From: an uncultured Fibrobacteraceae bacterium
GTDB lineage: Bacteria; Krumholzibacteriota; Krumholzibacteriia; LZORAL124-64-63
Reading direction: 5' to 3'
DNA length: 64,000 nucleotides
NCBI GenBank assembly: GCA_964399195.1
Contig: CAYNPY010000008.1
Location: 2,260-66,259, forward strand
The notes beneath the pieces are model-generated. The model saw nothing but the letters and a program-made list of their open reading frames with translations. It did not search any database and had not been told where the DNA came from. A program made the translations under genes and the position numbers. This document shows positions 18,201 through 26,485 of the stretch, piece by piece (position 1 is the first letter of the stretch; each line of letters opens with the position of its first letter).

Positions 18201-21200
18201 GTGGGCGATACCGTGCGCTTCGTCGTCGCGTCGGGCCTGGCCGGGGCGCCGGTCCACGCGCGACTGCTGGTCGGTGAACGCCTGTGGCGCAGCTGGTTCG
18301 TCGACCCCGACAGCGCTGTGATCGAGATCCCGGTCACCGCGCCGATGCACGAGGGACTTACCCTGCAGGCCTGCGTGGTACGCGACCACCAGCTCGTCAG
18401 CGAGATGCGCCACGTGCGCGTGCCCTGGACCGAGAAGCGCTTGTCGGTGGCCCTCACCTCGTTTCGCGATCACCTGAGACCGGGCGAGGAGTCTTCGTTC
18501 CGGGTCGAGGTTCACGGCGCGGACCCCCGAACAGCGGCCGCCGAGGTGCTGGCGCTGATGTACGACCGCAGCCTCGACGCCGTGGCACCGCTGCTGTTGC
18601 CGGACCCGCTGACCGGCCTGGCCTTCAGCCGGCACGCGCGGACTCCGTACGCCACTGCCGGCGAACGCGCCCGCGGCTGGCATCGCCGCCCGCTGCGGCG
18701 TCCGCCCCGCTCGGAAGGCCTGCCCGACCTGGGGCCGGACTTCCTGCGGTGGTTCCCCGGCACGCGGCTGGACCACCAGCTGAACGAACGCGGCCAACTG
18801 CGGCTGACCGGCGTCGATCCGGCCCTGGCCCGGGACCTGGCGGCCCAGGGCATCCCGGTAGCCCAGCCGTTCGTCGTCCGCGGCGAGGAATACATGGTCG
18901 AGATCAAGTCGGCCGTGACCGAGCACACGGTTCGCGGCGAGACGTTCGAGAAGTACGCCATCGATTCCGTGGAGGATGCCCTGTCGAAACAGGCCGGCGT
19001 CGTCTACCGAGCCGGCGAGCTCTACGTGCGGGGCGGACGCAGCGGCGAGGACCTGATGAGCATCACCTCGTCGCTGGCCTGGGACGAAGTGTCGGCGCGG
19101 ACCGACTTCGCGGAGACGGGCTTCTTCCTGCCGCACGTCGAACTGGACGAGGCGGGCGGGGCGGTAATCGAGTTCCGCGCGCCCGAGTCGGCGACCGAAT
19201 GGAAGGTCCTGGTGGCCGCGCTCACGCGCGACCTGCGCGCGGGGCAGGCCGAACGCCGGCTGCGCACCGTCAAGGACCTGCTGGCGCGCCCGATCCTGCC
19301 GCGCTTCCTGCGCGAGGGCGACACCGCCGACCTGCGCGTTCTGGTCAGCAACGCCGGCGACGCCGTGCTTGCCGGCGAAGTGCGCCTCGAGATCGAGGAT
19401 CCGGCCGACGGCCGCGACCTCGGCCCCGCTTTCGGCCTGGAGCGGCCCGTGCGCCGCTTCCGCGTCGAGCCCGGCGGCACTGCCACCGTGACCTACGCCG
19501 TGAGGGCACCGACGGGCGCCGGTCCCGCCACCGTGCGCGCGCTGGCCCGCGCCGGCGACCGCGGCGACGGCGAGCAGCATCTGCTGCCCATCCTGCCGGA
19601 GCGCAAGCACCTGCTGCAATCGCGCTTCGTCGCCCTGGCCGACAGTTCGCGACGCGAGCTGCACTTCGCGTCCATGGCCGAGCCCGATCCCACGCGCCAC
19701 GACGAGCAGCTGACCGTGACGATCGACCAGCGCCTGTTGCCCGCGCTGCTGCGGGCGCTGCCCTACCTGGTGGAGTACCCGTATGAGAGCACCGACCTGA
19801 TCGTCGATCGCTTCCTGTGCAGCGGCATCATGTCGCGGCTGTTCGCCGGCCGGCCGCAGTTGGCTTCGCTTGCGGCCGGACTGGCCGATCGCGACACGCC
19901 GCTGCCGGCGTGGGACGCGAGCGATCCCAACCGCTGGCTCCGCTTCGAGGAGACGCCGTGGCTGCACCAGGCCGCGGGCCGGCCCACGGAATTGGCCGTC
20001 GTGCACCTGTTGGCCCCGGATGTGGCGAGCCGCCAGCGATACCTGTCGCTGTTCCGTCTGCGCGAACTGCAGCGCGGCGACGGCGGGTTCCCCTGGCACC
20101 CCGGCGGACCGTCATCGACGCACGTGACCCTGCAGGTCCTGCTGGCGCTGGCGCGGGCCGCCGAGTTCGGTCTCGGGGCGCCGGACGACGTGGTGGCGAA
20201 CGCGTGGCGGTATCTGGGCGATCAGTGCGGAGGCGATGGCCATCGTGACCCGTGGGGAAGGCTGGGACCGGACCTGTCGACGCTGCTCGGGCATCTTCTG
20301 TCGATCTGGCCGGAGACGGCCTGGCGTGGGTCAGGACTCACCGCCGGCGATCGCGACGCGCTCATCGAACAGGCCTGGAGCCGCCGCTTCGCCCTGCCGC
20401 GCCTGCTCAAGGCGTATCTGGCACTGACGCTCCACCGCGCGGGCCGCCCCGACGATGCCCGCGCATTGTACGAAGCGGTGCTGGACGGCGCTCGTATCGA
20501 CCCCGACCTGGGCGTCTATTGGCAGCCCGAGGACCGTTCGTGGCTCTGGCACAACGACCGCGTGGGATCGCACGCCGTCTTCCTGCGCGCGGCCACCGAG
20601 ATCCGCCCCGACGACCCGCGACGCCGCGGCCTGGCGCAGTGGCTGCTGCTGAATCGCCAACTGAGCCACTGGGGCTCGACGCGCGCGACCGCCGAGGCGA
20701 TCTACGCCCTGGCGCGCTACCTCGACGCCGAAGGTACCCTCGACGCGCGCGGCATCGTGCGCGTCGAGCTGGGAGCCCAGGAGCGACGCTTCGTCGCCGA
20801 TCCCGACGAGCCCCTTTCCGGGTCCGACGTGATCGTGCTGGAGGGCGACCGGATCGATCCGGCGACGATGCACACCATCGTCGTGCAACGCGAATCGCCG
20901 GGCCTGGCTTTTGCCACGGCCACGTGGACCTTCAGCACCGAGAGGATGCCGACGACCGGCGACGGCGATCTACTTGCCGTTTCCCGTGAGCTGTTCCGTC
21001 GCGAGTTGAAGGACGGACGCCCGCTGCTGACGCCGCTGCGCGACGGCGAGAGGGTGAAGATCGGCGACGAGATCGAAGTGCGGCTCACGGTCACCGCCCG
21101 GCAGTCCGCGGAGTACGTGCACATCCGCGACCCGCGCGCGGCCGGCTGCGAACCGGTCGACATGCGCTCAGGTCCGCGCTGGAACGAAGGGATCTACCAT

Positions 21201-21392
21201 CACCAGGAGGTCCGCGACGCGGCGACCAGCTTCTTCGTCCCGTGGCTGCCGGCCGGGCGCATCACGCTGGCCTACCGCGTGCGCGCGGCCGTGAGCGGCG
21301 TATTCGCCGCCCAACCGGCGGTGGTCCAGTCGGTGTACGCGCCGGAGTTCGGCGCCCATTCGGCGGGGAACGTCGTGAGGATCAGGGACTGA
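15279..21392 (+). CDS. Alpha-2-macroglobulin family protein (large extracellular helical + MG domains), thioester motif absent
   Basis: Nested start MVMKRTSISFLCLQILLAAAGG. MG-domain signature RVEEYKRPTFDV. The thioester-domain context reads LVEYPYESTDL where A2Ms have ...PYGCxEQ. Confidence 0.85.
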   Translation: MVMKRTSISFLCLQILLAAAGGTCRAGASGEPPAPWREPAELIASGRFAAADTLVQRILAQAIEANDIDNWTRALIERRTLGTVLGAPETAIRRLRATPWPDDDLSRAVLELHYAQSLVEYLRLHAYELRSRQRVVASDSLVLETWDHARLVREIDRALLRVWQRREALGRLAPEAWHGYIEANTYPDGIRSTLRDVVTYRWARQLSDTSLWSPEASEEARRLDLEELLALARADTAGIAAAMADTTTHPLRRLGLLLADLRAWHTAGGRAGGALEAELAYLRSLRTAVDRPAIRRRMREHLEGILANVDPTEPWWSQGQAQLAEFLVREERPDGHLLARAACARGAARHPESIGGRFCASLLEQIEHPEWRLEAMGADAPGRRTIAIIHRNLPRLYFRAWRHDPGEDWPQSTPWLNPKDLDRHIDRHAPDLAWEVALPPTPDYRDHRSWTGLPPCAPGTYAVVASTGPGFKGGSDRMIVQEILVSNLVVTALPLEGGLDVLVRDADSGLPVEGATVMAAGSGAAAADGQRLTALTGADGSARLGGEIEGGLQLRVSHEGHLARLYHVWRPGALTATPSLRSFVYTDRAAYRPGQTVHWKVVTYATAERLMGMHAASGEPVTVRLRDANGEVVAVARDTTNDFGSASGSFALPKDRLLGQWFIAAEPQGGAHIRVEEYKRPTFDVTLPDPAAAPQPGRPARLEGLARYLHGQPVSGGRVQWSLRRNTQVWRGWDGHAAGGGAVFASGSGITGEDGSFAAEFVPGEMPAADDGQARLDSYHLHVDVTDPGGETRGADLHFRIGAVERLAAFEPHGALLAAGCADTFTVALTDLNRVPRAGDGRWRLMSLVAPGAARLPGDLPGSGLLRPDAFCVTEGDTLAPRWDAAPPWLTAVGTWAEGDTLAAGAAVHGDDGLARIVLRPVVSGACRLIYDTADEQGRPVSASRQVYVAASAGAAGEPSALPLLLESSAEQAAVGDTVRFVVASGLAGAPVHARLLVGERLWRSWFVDPDSAVIEIPVTAPMHEGLTLQACVVRDHQLVSEMRHVRVPWTEKRLSVALTSFRDHLRPGEESSFRVEVHGADPRTAAAEVLALMYDRSLDAVAPLLLPDPLTGLAFSRHARTPYATAGERARGWHRRPLRRPPRSEGLPDLGPDFLRWFPGTRLDHQLNERGQLRLTGVDPALARDLAAQGIPVAQPFVVRGEEYMVEIKSAVTEHTVRGETFEKYAIDSVEDALSKQAGVVYRAGELYVRGGRSGEDLMSITSSLAWDEVSARTDFAETGFFLPHVELDEAGGAVIEFRAPESATEWKVLVAALTRDLRAGQAERRLRTVKDLLARPILPRFLREGDTADLRVLVSNAGDAVLAGEVRLEIEDPADGRDLGPAFGLERPVRRFRVEPGGTATVTYAVRAPTGAGPATVRALARAGDRGDGEQHLLPILPERKHLLQSRFVALADSSRRELHFASMAEPDPTRHDEQLTVTIDQRLLPALLRALPYLVEYPYESTDLIVDRFLCSGIMSRLFAGRPQLASLAAGLADRDTPLPAWDASDPNRWLRFEETPWLHQAAGRPTELAVVHLLAPDVASRQRYLSLFRLRELQRGDGGFPWHPGGPSSTHVTLQVLLALARAAEFGLGAPDDVVANAWRYLGDQCGGDGHRDPWGRLGPDLSTLLGHLLSIWPETAWRGSGLTAGDRDALIEQAWSRRFALPRLLKAYLALTLHRAGRPDDARALYEAVLDGARIDPDLGVYWQPEDRSWLWHNDRVGSHAVFLRAATEIRPDDPRRRGLAQWLLLNRQLSHWGSTRATAEAIYALARYLDAEGTLDARGIVRVELGAQERRFVADPDEPLSGSDVIVLEGDRIDPATMHTIVVQRESPGLAFATATWTFSTERMPTTGDGDLLAVSRELFRRELKDGRPLLTPLRDGERVKIGDEIEVRLTVTARQSAEYVHIRDPRAAGCEPVDMRSGPRWNEGIYHHQEVRDAATSFFVPWLPAGRITLAYRVRAAVSGVFAAQPAVVQSVYAPEFGAHSAGNVVRIRD

Positions 21393-21418
21393 GGCGCTTC
21401 GCGCGCCGGCGGAGCGAA

Positions 21419-21450
21419 ACCGGCCGCTCCTGGTGCAAGGAGCGGCCGGT
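21419..21450. terminator. Bidirectional intrinsic-terminator-like hairpin between convergent genes
   Basis: Perfect 12-bp stem ACCGGCCGCTCC / GGAGCGGCCGGT with an 8-nt loop. It lies between the stops at 21392 (+) and 21471 (-). Confidence 0.7.
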
Positions 21451-21470
21451 CCCGTTGCAGAACGCGCGAA

Positions 21471-22121
21471 CTAGCGGAACAGCGCCTTCACGCCGCCGAA
21501 GCTCTCGGTCTCGGTCGACACCGGGGTGTACGGCCCGATGACGATGTTGCCGTACGGCGCCACGTCGGTGATCCACACGCAGACGCCGATCATCTCGAAG
21601 CCCCACTGCACGTGGCGGGCGGGGTCGTTGAGCAGGGCCAGCGACAGCGTGAAGTCGCCGCTGCTCGGCAGGTCGATCATCGTCTGGTTGAACGACGAGA
21701 AGTCCGGCGCGAAGTCGCGGATGAAGGCCTTGGCGACGTGCGCCGTGGTCAGCGTGTTCGACAGCACGGTGCCGGTGAAGGTCAGGGTCTGGCCGGCGAA
21801 CGAGCCGTCATCGACCTGCGCGTACGAGTCCGCGAACATGATCTTCTGGCCCACGCTGCCGGGGCCGCCGCTGGGCAGGTACCAGTACGGATCGGGGTCG
21901 CCGATCGAGTTCGGGCTCAGGACCAGGTTCGGGCCCGAGAACGCGGCGACCAGGTCCGCGAAGCCCCAGCCGCTGCCCCACAGGTAGTTGTAGCCGAGGT
22001 CGTAGACGTTCATGTAGCCGTTGCTGATCTGGGGGCTGACGGTGACGTCAGCGGCGAGGGCGGAGCCGGCGCACAGGGCGCACACCAGCAGGATGACGAG
22101 CGCTTTCGCATTGCGGCGCAT
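21471..22121 (-). CDS. Small secreted protein, C-terminal-tail family (ends ...TESFGGVKALFR)
   Basis: Nested ATG 22121. Signal peptide MRRNAKALVILLVCALCAGSALA. The passenger is homologous by eye to the N-domain of 8951..9922. Confidence 0.85.
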   Translation of the reverse strand: MRRNAKALVILLVCALCAGSALAADVTVSPQISNGYMNVYDLGYNYLWGSGWGFADLVAAFSGPNLVLSPNSIGDPDPYWYLPSGGPGSVGQKIMFADSYAQVDDGSFAGQTLTFTGTVLSNTLTTAHVAKAFIRDFAPDFSSFNQTMIDLPSSGDFTLSLALLNDPARHVQWGFEMIGVCVWITDVAPYGNIVIGPYTPVSTETESFGGVKALFR

Positions 22122-22287
22122 GTCTGGGCCTTTCGTTGAGGGCTTGGTCGGCCGCTGCGGCCGTGGCCTGCATCGGCAACCGGACGGAATCGACGTACCG
22201 CTCCGGGCGATCATTCCGCCGGCGCGATGTCTCCCGGGACCGGCCACCGCAGAATCGGGCGCACGGCGGCAGCGCTCCCATGCTTCC

Positions 22288-22318
22288 ATCATAGACTATG
22301 TTCGGTTTCCGAATCAAG
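22288..22318 (-). promoter_or_regulatory. Sigma70-like promoter TTGATT-N18-TATGAT with an embedded operator (GTTCG-N5-CGAAT core)
   Basis: On the minus strand, -35 is at 22317-22312 and -10 at 22293-22288. The spacer contains CGGAAACCGAACATAGTC, near-identical to the 8846..8876 site (CCGAACATAGTsTATGAT is shared). Confidence 0.5.
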
Positions 22319-22461
22319 TTCAAAAGTGAGGGCGGCTCACACAAATTCCCGTGCGCCGGATGCCGTCCTCGGATGCAGGCGACAGAAAATCGCACCTTCA
22401 AGCAAGTGACTATTGTTCAATAAGTTGCGCCCGGCGGCAACCCGCTCGCAGCAGCGCCGGC

Positions 22462-23856
22462 TCAGGCCCCGGTCCGCGGGCCATGTGAAGTCTCGGCGTG
22501 GATGGCGCTCGCCAGCGCGCCCAGGCGCCCCGCCAGCGCCTCGAGCCGATACTCGTGGAGGTCGGCCAGCGTGTGGCGCAGCTCGCCCCCGAGCGGGGAC
22601 AGCCACCGTCCGTCCAACCCACGGGGACCGAACAGGCACCCGAGGATCATGCCCGCCGTGGCGCCGAAGCTGTCGGTGTCCGCGCCCTGGCTGACCTGCA
22701 GGCAGAAGCCGTGGTCCACCGAGCGCGCATGCTTCACCGTGTTGACCAGTGCGGCGACTTCCTGGAAGACCTGGCAGTGCCCGTGCCGCCCGAAGCGGGC
22801 GCAGACGGCATCGCTGGCCGCCTGCCAGTCGCGCGAGGCGGCGACGATGCCGAGCGCTTCGGTCACCGCCGCGGCGAACCGCGAGCGGGACGGCACGCGC
22901 TCGAGCGCGGCTTCCACCAGGTCCAGGCGATCGTTGCCGGGCGGCCCGGCCTCCGCGCCGAGGCAGATCGCGATCAGCGCCGCGACGAACATGGCGCCGT
23001 AGACGCCGGTGCGCGCGTGCGTGAACGAGGCGTCCTGCCACGCGAGCCGCGCGGCCAGGTCCGGATGGCCGGGACAGGCGCAGCCGTAGGCGTCGGCGCG
23101 GATGAGCGCGCCGCAGAGCTCGTCGCCCGGGTTCAGCCACAGCACGTCGTGGGGCGCCGGCGCGCGCTGCGCGCCCTCGGTGAACAGGTGGTGGCGGGCG
23201 ACGCCCAGCGCCAACAGAGCCGTGCGCTCGGGGCCCCAGGTCCACAGGTGCGGCAGGTTGCGGCCCCACAGGTCGTAGAGGTCGTCGTGCGTGAACGCGG
23301 TCCCGTGGCGCTCCAGCGCGAGCATCCCCAGCAGCGTGTAGTGAAGGTCGTCGTCGGCCACGGCGAAGCGCAGGTTTCCGCGCGTGGTCTGCGGCCAGGA
23401 GTCGTGGCGCCTTCCCAACGCCGCCAGGAACGCCTCGCTCACGTAGTCGCGCAGCGGCCACTCGCCCACCGCCTCGCCCGCGCGGCGCAGTTCCGCCGCC
23501 GTCGGGTCCACCTCCAGCGGCTTGCCGAGCAGGCAGCCGCACACCGACCCCAGGAATCCCGTGCGCACGGCGGCGGCGACGGCGGCGAAGTCGGGTTCCG
23601 GCCACCGCGCGCCGGGCGCCAGCCGGCCGGACGCGGCGACGATCGCGTCCCAGGCCAGCGGCTCCTCCCACGGCCAGTCCGCCCGCAGCGGCGGCTCGCG
23701 CAGCTCGGCAGCCAGCGCCGCCAGACCGTCATAGCTGCCGGCGGCGGCCTCCAGGCGCGCCAGCATCGCCCCCTCGTCCAGATCGGCGCCCTGCGCCAGA
23801 CGCTGGCGCATGACGTGGAGCACCAGCATCCGCAGATTTTCCAGGCTGATCAGCAT
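22462..23856 (-). CDS. ADP-ribosylglycohydrolase (ARH/DraG) family protein with an N-terminal extension
   Basis: Nested ATG 23856 (MLISLENL). C-terminal metal-site motif QGADTDSFGATAGMILG. DDDLHYTLLG in the N-terminal half. Confidence 0.8.
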   Translation of the reverse strand: MLISLENLRMLVLHVMRQRLAQGADLDEGAMLARLEAAAGSYDGLAALAAELREPPLRADWPWEEPLAWDAIVAASGRLAPGARWPEPDFAAVAAAVRTGFLGSVCGCLLGKPLEVDPTAAELRRAGEAVGEWPLRDYVSEAFLAALGRRHDSWPQTTRGNLRFAVADDDLHYTLLGMLALERHGTAFTHDDLYDLWGRNLPHLWTWGPERTALLALGVARHHLFTEGAQRAPAPHDVLWLNPGDELCGALIRADAYGCACPGHPDLAARLAWQDASFTHARTGVYGAMFVAALIAICLGAEAGPPGNDRLDLVEAALERVPSRSRFAAAVTEALGIVAASRDWQAASDAVCARFGRHGHCQVFQEVAALVNTVKHARSVDHGFCLQVSQGADTDSFGATAGMILGCLFGPRGLDGRWLSPLGGELRHTLADLHEYRLEALAGRLGALASAIHAETSHGPRTGA

Positions 23857-23901
23857 CGCGCCCTCCGGCCCGCTGGGCGAAGCACACCTTGGAGAATCCG
23901 C

Positions 23902-23949
23902 TTGACCCCTGTATGCTGTCAAGGTACTTTGTTCGGCGGTCGTACAAAG
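23902..23949 (+). promoter_or_regulatory. Sigma70-like promoter TTGACC-N17-TACTTT with an overlapping palindrome CTTTGTTCGGcggTCGTACAAAG
   Basis: -35 at 23902-23907 and -10 at 23925-23930. The 23-bp palindrome at 23927-23949 covers the -10/TSS. A minus-strand TTGACA (revcomp of 23917-23922) faces the ARH gene. Confidence 0.5.
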
Positions 23950-24019
23950 TCTCCGGCAGGGCACCCCGGGGCCGGACCGCCGCGCCGGGAGAGCCGCTCG
24001 CGAACCCGAAGGGGGCCCC

Positions 24020-25489
24020 ATGCACGCCGCCCAGCACGTCCGCACAGCGCCGGAAGACCGCATCGGCTTCGGCCAGCGTCTGGCCTACGGCACCGGGGCC
24101 TTCGTCAACAACCTCCTGGGCGCCGCCAGCGGCGGCATGATGATCGTGCTGAACCTGGGCTTCGGGATGAACCCGGCCCTGGTCGGCCTGCTGGGCGCGA
24201 TCCCCCGCTTCACCGACGCGCTCACCGATCCCATCATGGGCTTCATCAGCGACGGCACGCGCTCGCGCTGGGGGCGCCGGCGGCCGTGGATCTTCCTGGG
24301 CGCGCTCTTGACCGCCGTCCTGTTCGCCCTGCTCTGGCAGCTGCCGCGCGGGCAGAGCGAGATGTTCTACTTCTGGTACTTCATGATCGGGTCGATCCTC
24401 TTCTACATCGGCTACACGATGTTCGCCACGCCATGGGTGGCGCTCGGCTACGAGCTGACGCCGGACTACCACGAGCGCACGCGCCTGATGGGCACGCAGA
24501 ACTTCATCGGGCAGACCGCCTTCATGGTCTCGCCCTGGTTCCTGTGGATCATGACCTACAAGGGGTTCTTCCCCGACCAGATCGCGGGCGCCTCCGGACT
24601 GGCGATCATCCTGGCCGTGGTCGTGGCCGGGCTGGGCATCCTGCCGGCGATCTTCCTGCGCGAGCGAATGGCGGCGGTCGCCGCGGCCGAGTCCGCCGAA
24701 CGCCGCGAGACGGCCGCGAAGGGCGGCGCCTTCCGGCGCAACGTCGTCGAGTTCCTGCGCGGCTTCCGCATCACCATGTCTTCCGGCCCGTTCCTGAAGC
24801 TGAGCGCCGCCACGTTCCTGCTCTTCAACGGCTTCATGCTCATCTCGTCGTTCCAGAGCTACGTCATCATCTACTACGTCTGCGGCGGCGACCAGGAGCT
24901 GGGCGCGCGCTGGGCGGGGCTCGCGGGCACCGTCGGCGGCTTCGCCAACTTCGCCGTGGTGGCGTTCGTGGCCTGGCTGGGCACGCGCATCGGCAAGCGG
25001 CACGCGTTCTTCGTCTCGACCAGCGTGGCGATGGTCGGCTACGCGCTCAAGTGGGTCTGCTACAACCCGCAGGTGCCGTGGCTGGTGGTGCTGCCGGCGC
25101 CGCTGCTGGCGTTCAGCCTGGGCGGGCTGTTCACGCTGGTGCCGTCGATGATCGCCGACGTCGTCGACGCCGACGAACTGCAGACGCACCAGCGGCGCGA
25201 GGGCATGTTCGGGTCCATCTTCTGGTTCATGGTCAAGCTGGGCATGTCCGCGGCGCTGGCCGGCGGCGGTTACATGCTGAACGCTTCCGGCTTCGACGTG
25301 GCGCTGGGCGGCGCTCAGGCGCCGGGCACGATCCTGCTGCTGCGGCTGTTCGACGCCGGCGTGCCCCTGCTCTGCTCGGCGTTGGCCATCTGGGCCGTGG
25401 CGACGTTCCCGATCACCGAGGCGCGGGCGTACGAGGTGCGCCGCGAGCTGGAGCAGCGGCGCGGTCGCGCCGGCCCGGTGCAGGCGTGA
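24020..25489 (+). CDS. MFS transporter, glycoside-pentoside-hexuronide (GPH):cation symporter family
   Basis: GPH signature DALTDPIMGFISDGTRSRWGRRRPW. About 12 hydrophobic segments. Confidence 0.9.
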   Translation: MHAAQHVRTAPEDRIGFGQRLAYGTGAFVNNLLGAASGGMMIVLNLGFGMNPALVGLLGAIPRFTDALTDPIMGFISDGTRSRWGRRRPWIFLGALLTAVLFALLWQLPRGQSEMFYFWYFMIGSILFYIGYTMFATPWVALGYELTPDYHERTRLMGTQNFIGQTAFMVSPWFLWIMTYKGFFPDQIAGASGLAIILAVVVAGLGILPAIFLRERMAAVAAAESAERRETAAKGGAFRRNVVEFLRGFRITMSSGPFLKLSAATFLLFNGFMLISSFQSYVIIYYVCGGDQELGARWAGLAGTVGGFANFAVVAFVAWLGTRIGKRHAFFVSTSVAMVGYALKWVCYNPQVPWLVVLPAPLLAFSLGGLFTLVPSMIADVVDADELQTHQRREGMFGSIFWFMVKLGMSAALAGGGYMLNASGFDVALGGAQAPGTILLLRLFDAGVPLLCSALAIWAVATFPITEARAYEVRRELEQRRGRAGPVQA

Positions 25490-26466
25490 GGCGCGGGCGG
25501 GCCGCAGGGCCGCTGGCGGCGCTCGCGCTCGGCGCCGCGCTGCTCCTGGCCGCATCGGCCGCGGCCGCCGTCGCGCCCGGCGAGCGGCGCCCCTTCCCGC
25601 CCGCCGGCCTGCCCACGCCCAATGCGATCTGCTACGGCCCCCACCGCGACGGCCAGCGCCCCGGCGCCGTCGACCCGGACGCCGCCCAGCTGCGCGAGGA
25701 CGTTCGCCTGCTGCGCGACCACTGGCCCCTGCTGCGCATCTACGACGCCGGCGGTTTCGCCCGCACGCTGCTGGACGTGCTGCGCGAGGAGAGCGGCCGG
25801 CCGCTGGTCGTGCTGGGCGCGTGGATCGCGCCCGACGACAGCGTCGGCAACCGCGCCGAGATCGAGGCCGCCGTCGCGCTGGCCGCCGAATATCCGGACC
25901 TGGTGGCCGCCGTCTGCGTCGGCAACGAGACGCAGGTCTCGTGGTCGGCCCACCGCTGCGACCCGTCCGTCCTGCTGGCCGCGCTGCGGGAAGTGCGCGC
26001 CCGCGTGGCCGTGCCGGTGACGACCGCCGACGACTTCAACTTCTGGAACAAGCCCGAGAGCGCCGCCGTGGCGGCCGAGGTCGACTTCATCCTGCTGCAC
26101 GCGCATCCGCTGTGGAACGGCAAGCAACTGGACGAGGCCCTGCCCTGGCTGCAGGCGCAACTGGCCGACGCGCGGGCGCGGCACGCAGGCGTGCCGGTGT
26201 TCATCGGCGAGACGGGCTGGGCTACGCGCCGCCATACCGCGGGCGAGCAGGCCACCCTGATGAAGGGCGTCCTCGGCGAGCTGGAGCAGGCGCGCTTCCA
26301 CGCCGACCTGCGCGCCTGGGCCGACAGCGCCGGCGTAACCGCTTTCTTCTTCGAGGCCTTCGACGAGAACTGGAAGGGCGGCGACCACCCCGACGAGGTG
26401 GAAAAGCACTGGGGGCTGTGGCGGGCCGACCGGTCGCCCAAGCAGGGGGCGCCGCGCCGCGACTAG
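25486..26466 (+). CDS. Glycoside hydrolase family 17 beta-1,3-glucanase/transglycosylase, secreted
   Basis: GTG 25486 overlaps the MFS stop (GTGA). Signal peptide ...LLLAASAAAAVAP. GH17 motifs VCVGNETQVSW, FIGETGWAT and FFEAFDENWKG. The gene is nested at the end of track ORF 22498..26466. Confidence 0.85.
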   Translation: MRRGRAAGPLAALALGAALLLAASAAAAVAPGERRPFPPAGLPTPNAICYGPHRDGQRPGAVDPDAAQLREDVRLLRDHWPLLRIYDAGGFARTLLDVLREESGRPLVVLGAWIAPDDSVGNRAEIEAAVALAAEYPDLVAAVCVGNETQVSWSAHRCDPSVLLAALREVRARVAVPVTTADDFNFWNKPESAAVAAEVDFILLHAHPLWNGKQLDEALPWLQAQLADARARHAGVPVFIGETGWATRRHTAGEQATLMKGVLGELEQARFHADLRAWADSAGVTAFFFEAFDENWKGGDHPDEVEKHWGLWRADRSPKQGAPRRD

Positions 26467-26485
26467 GGCGCCGCGCGGGTGTTCT

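Noticed and set aside
22498-25485. The first ~1000 codons of the 1322-aa track ORF 22498..26466 +.
   Set aside because: Only the last 326 codons (from GTG 25486) encode a recognisable protein (GH17 with a signal peptide). The upstream part is antisense to the ARH gene, out of frame with the MFS gene, and low-complexity.
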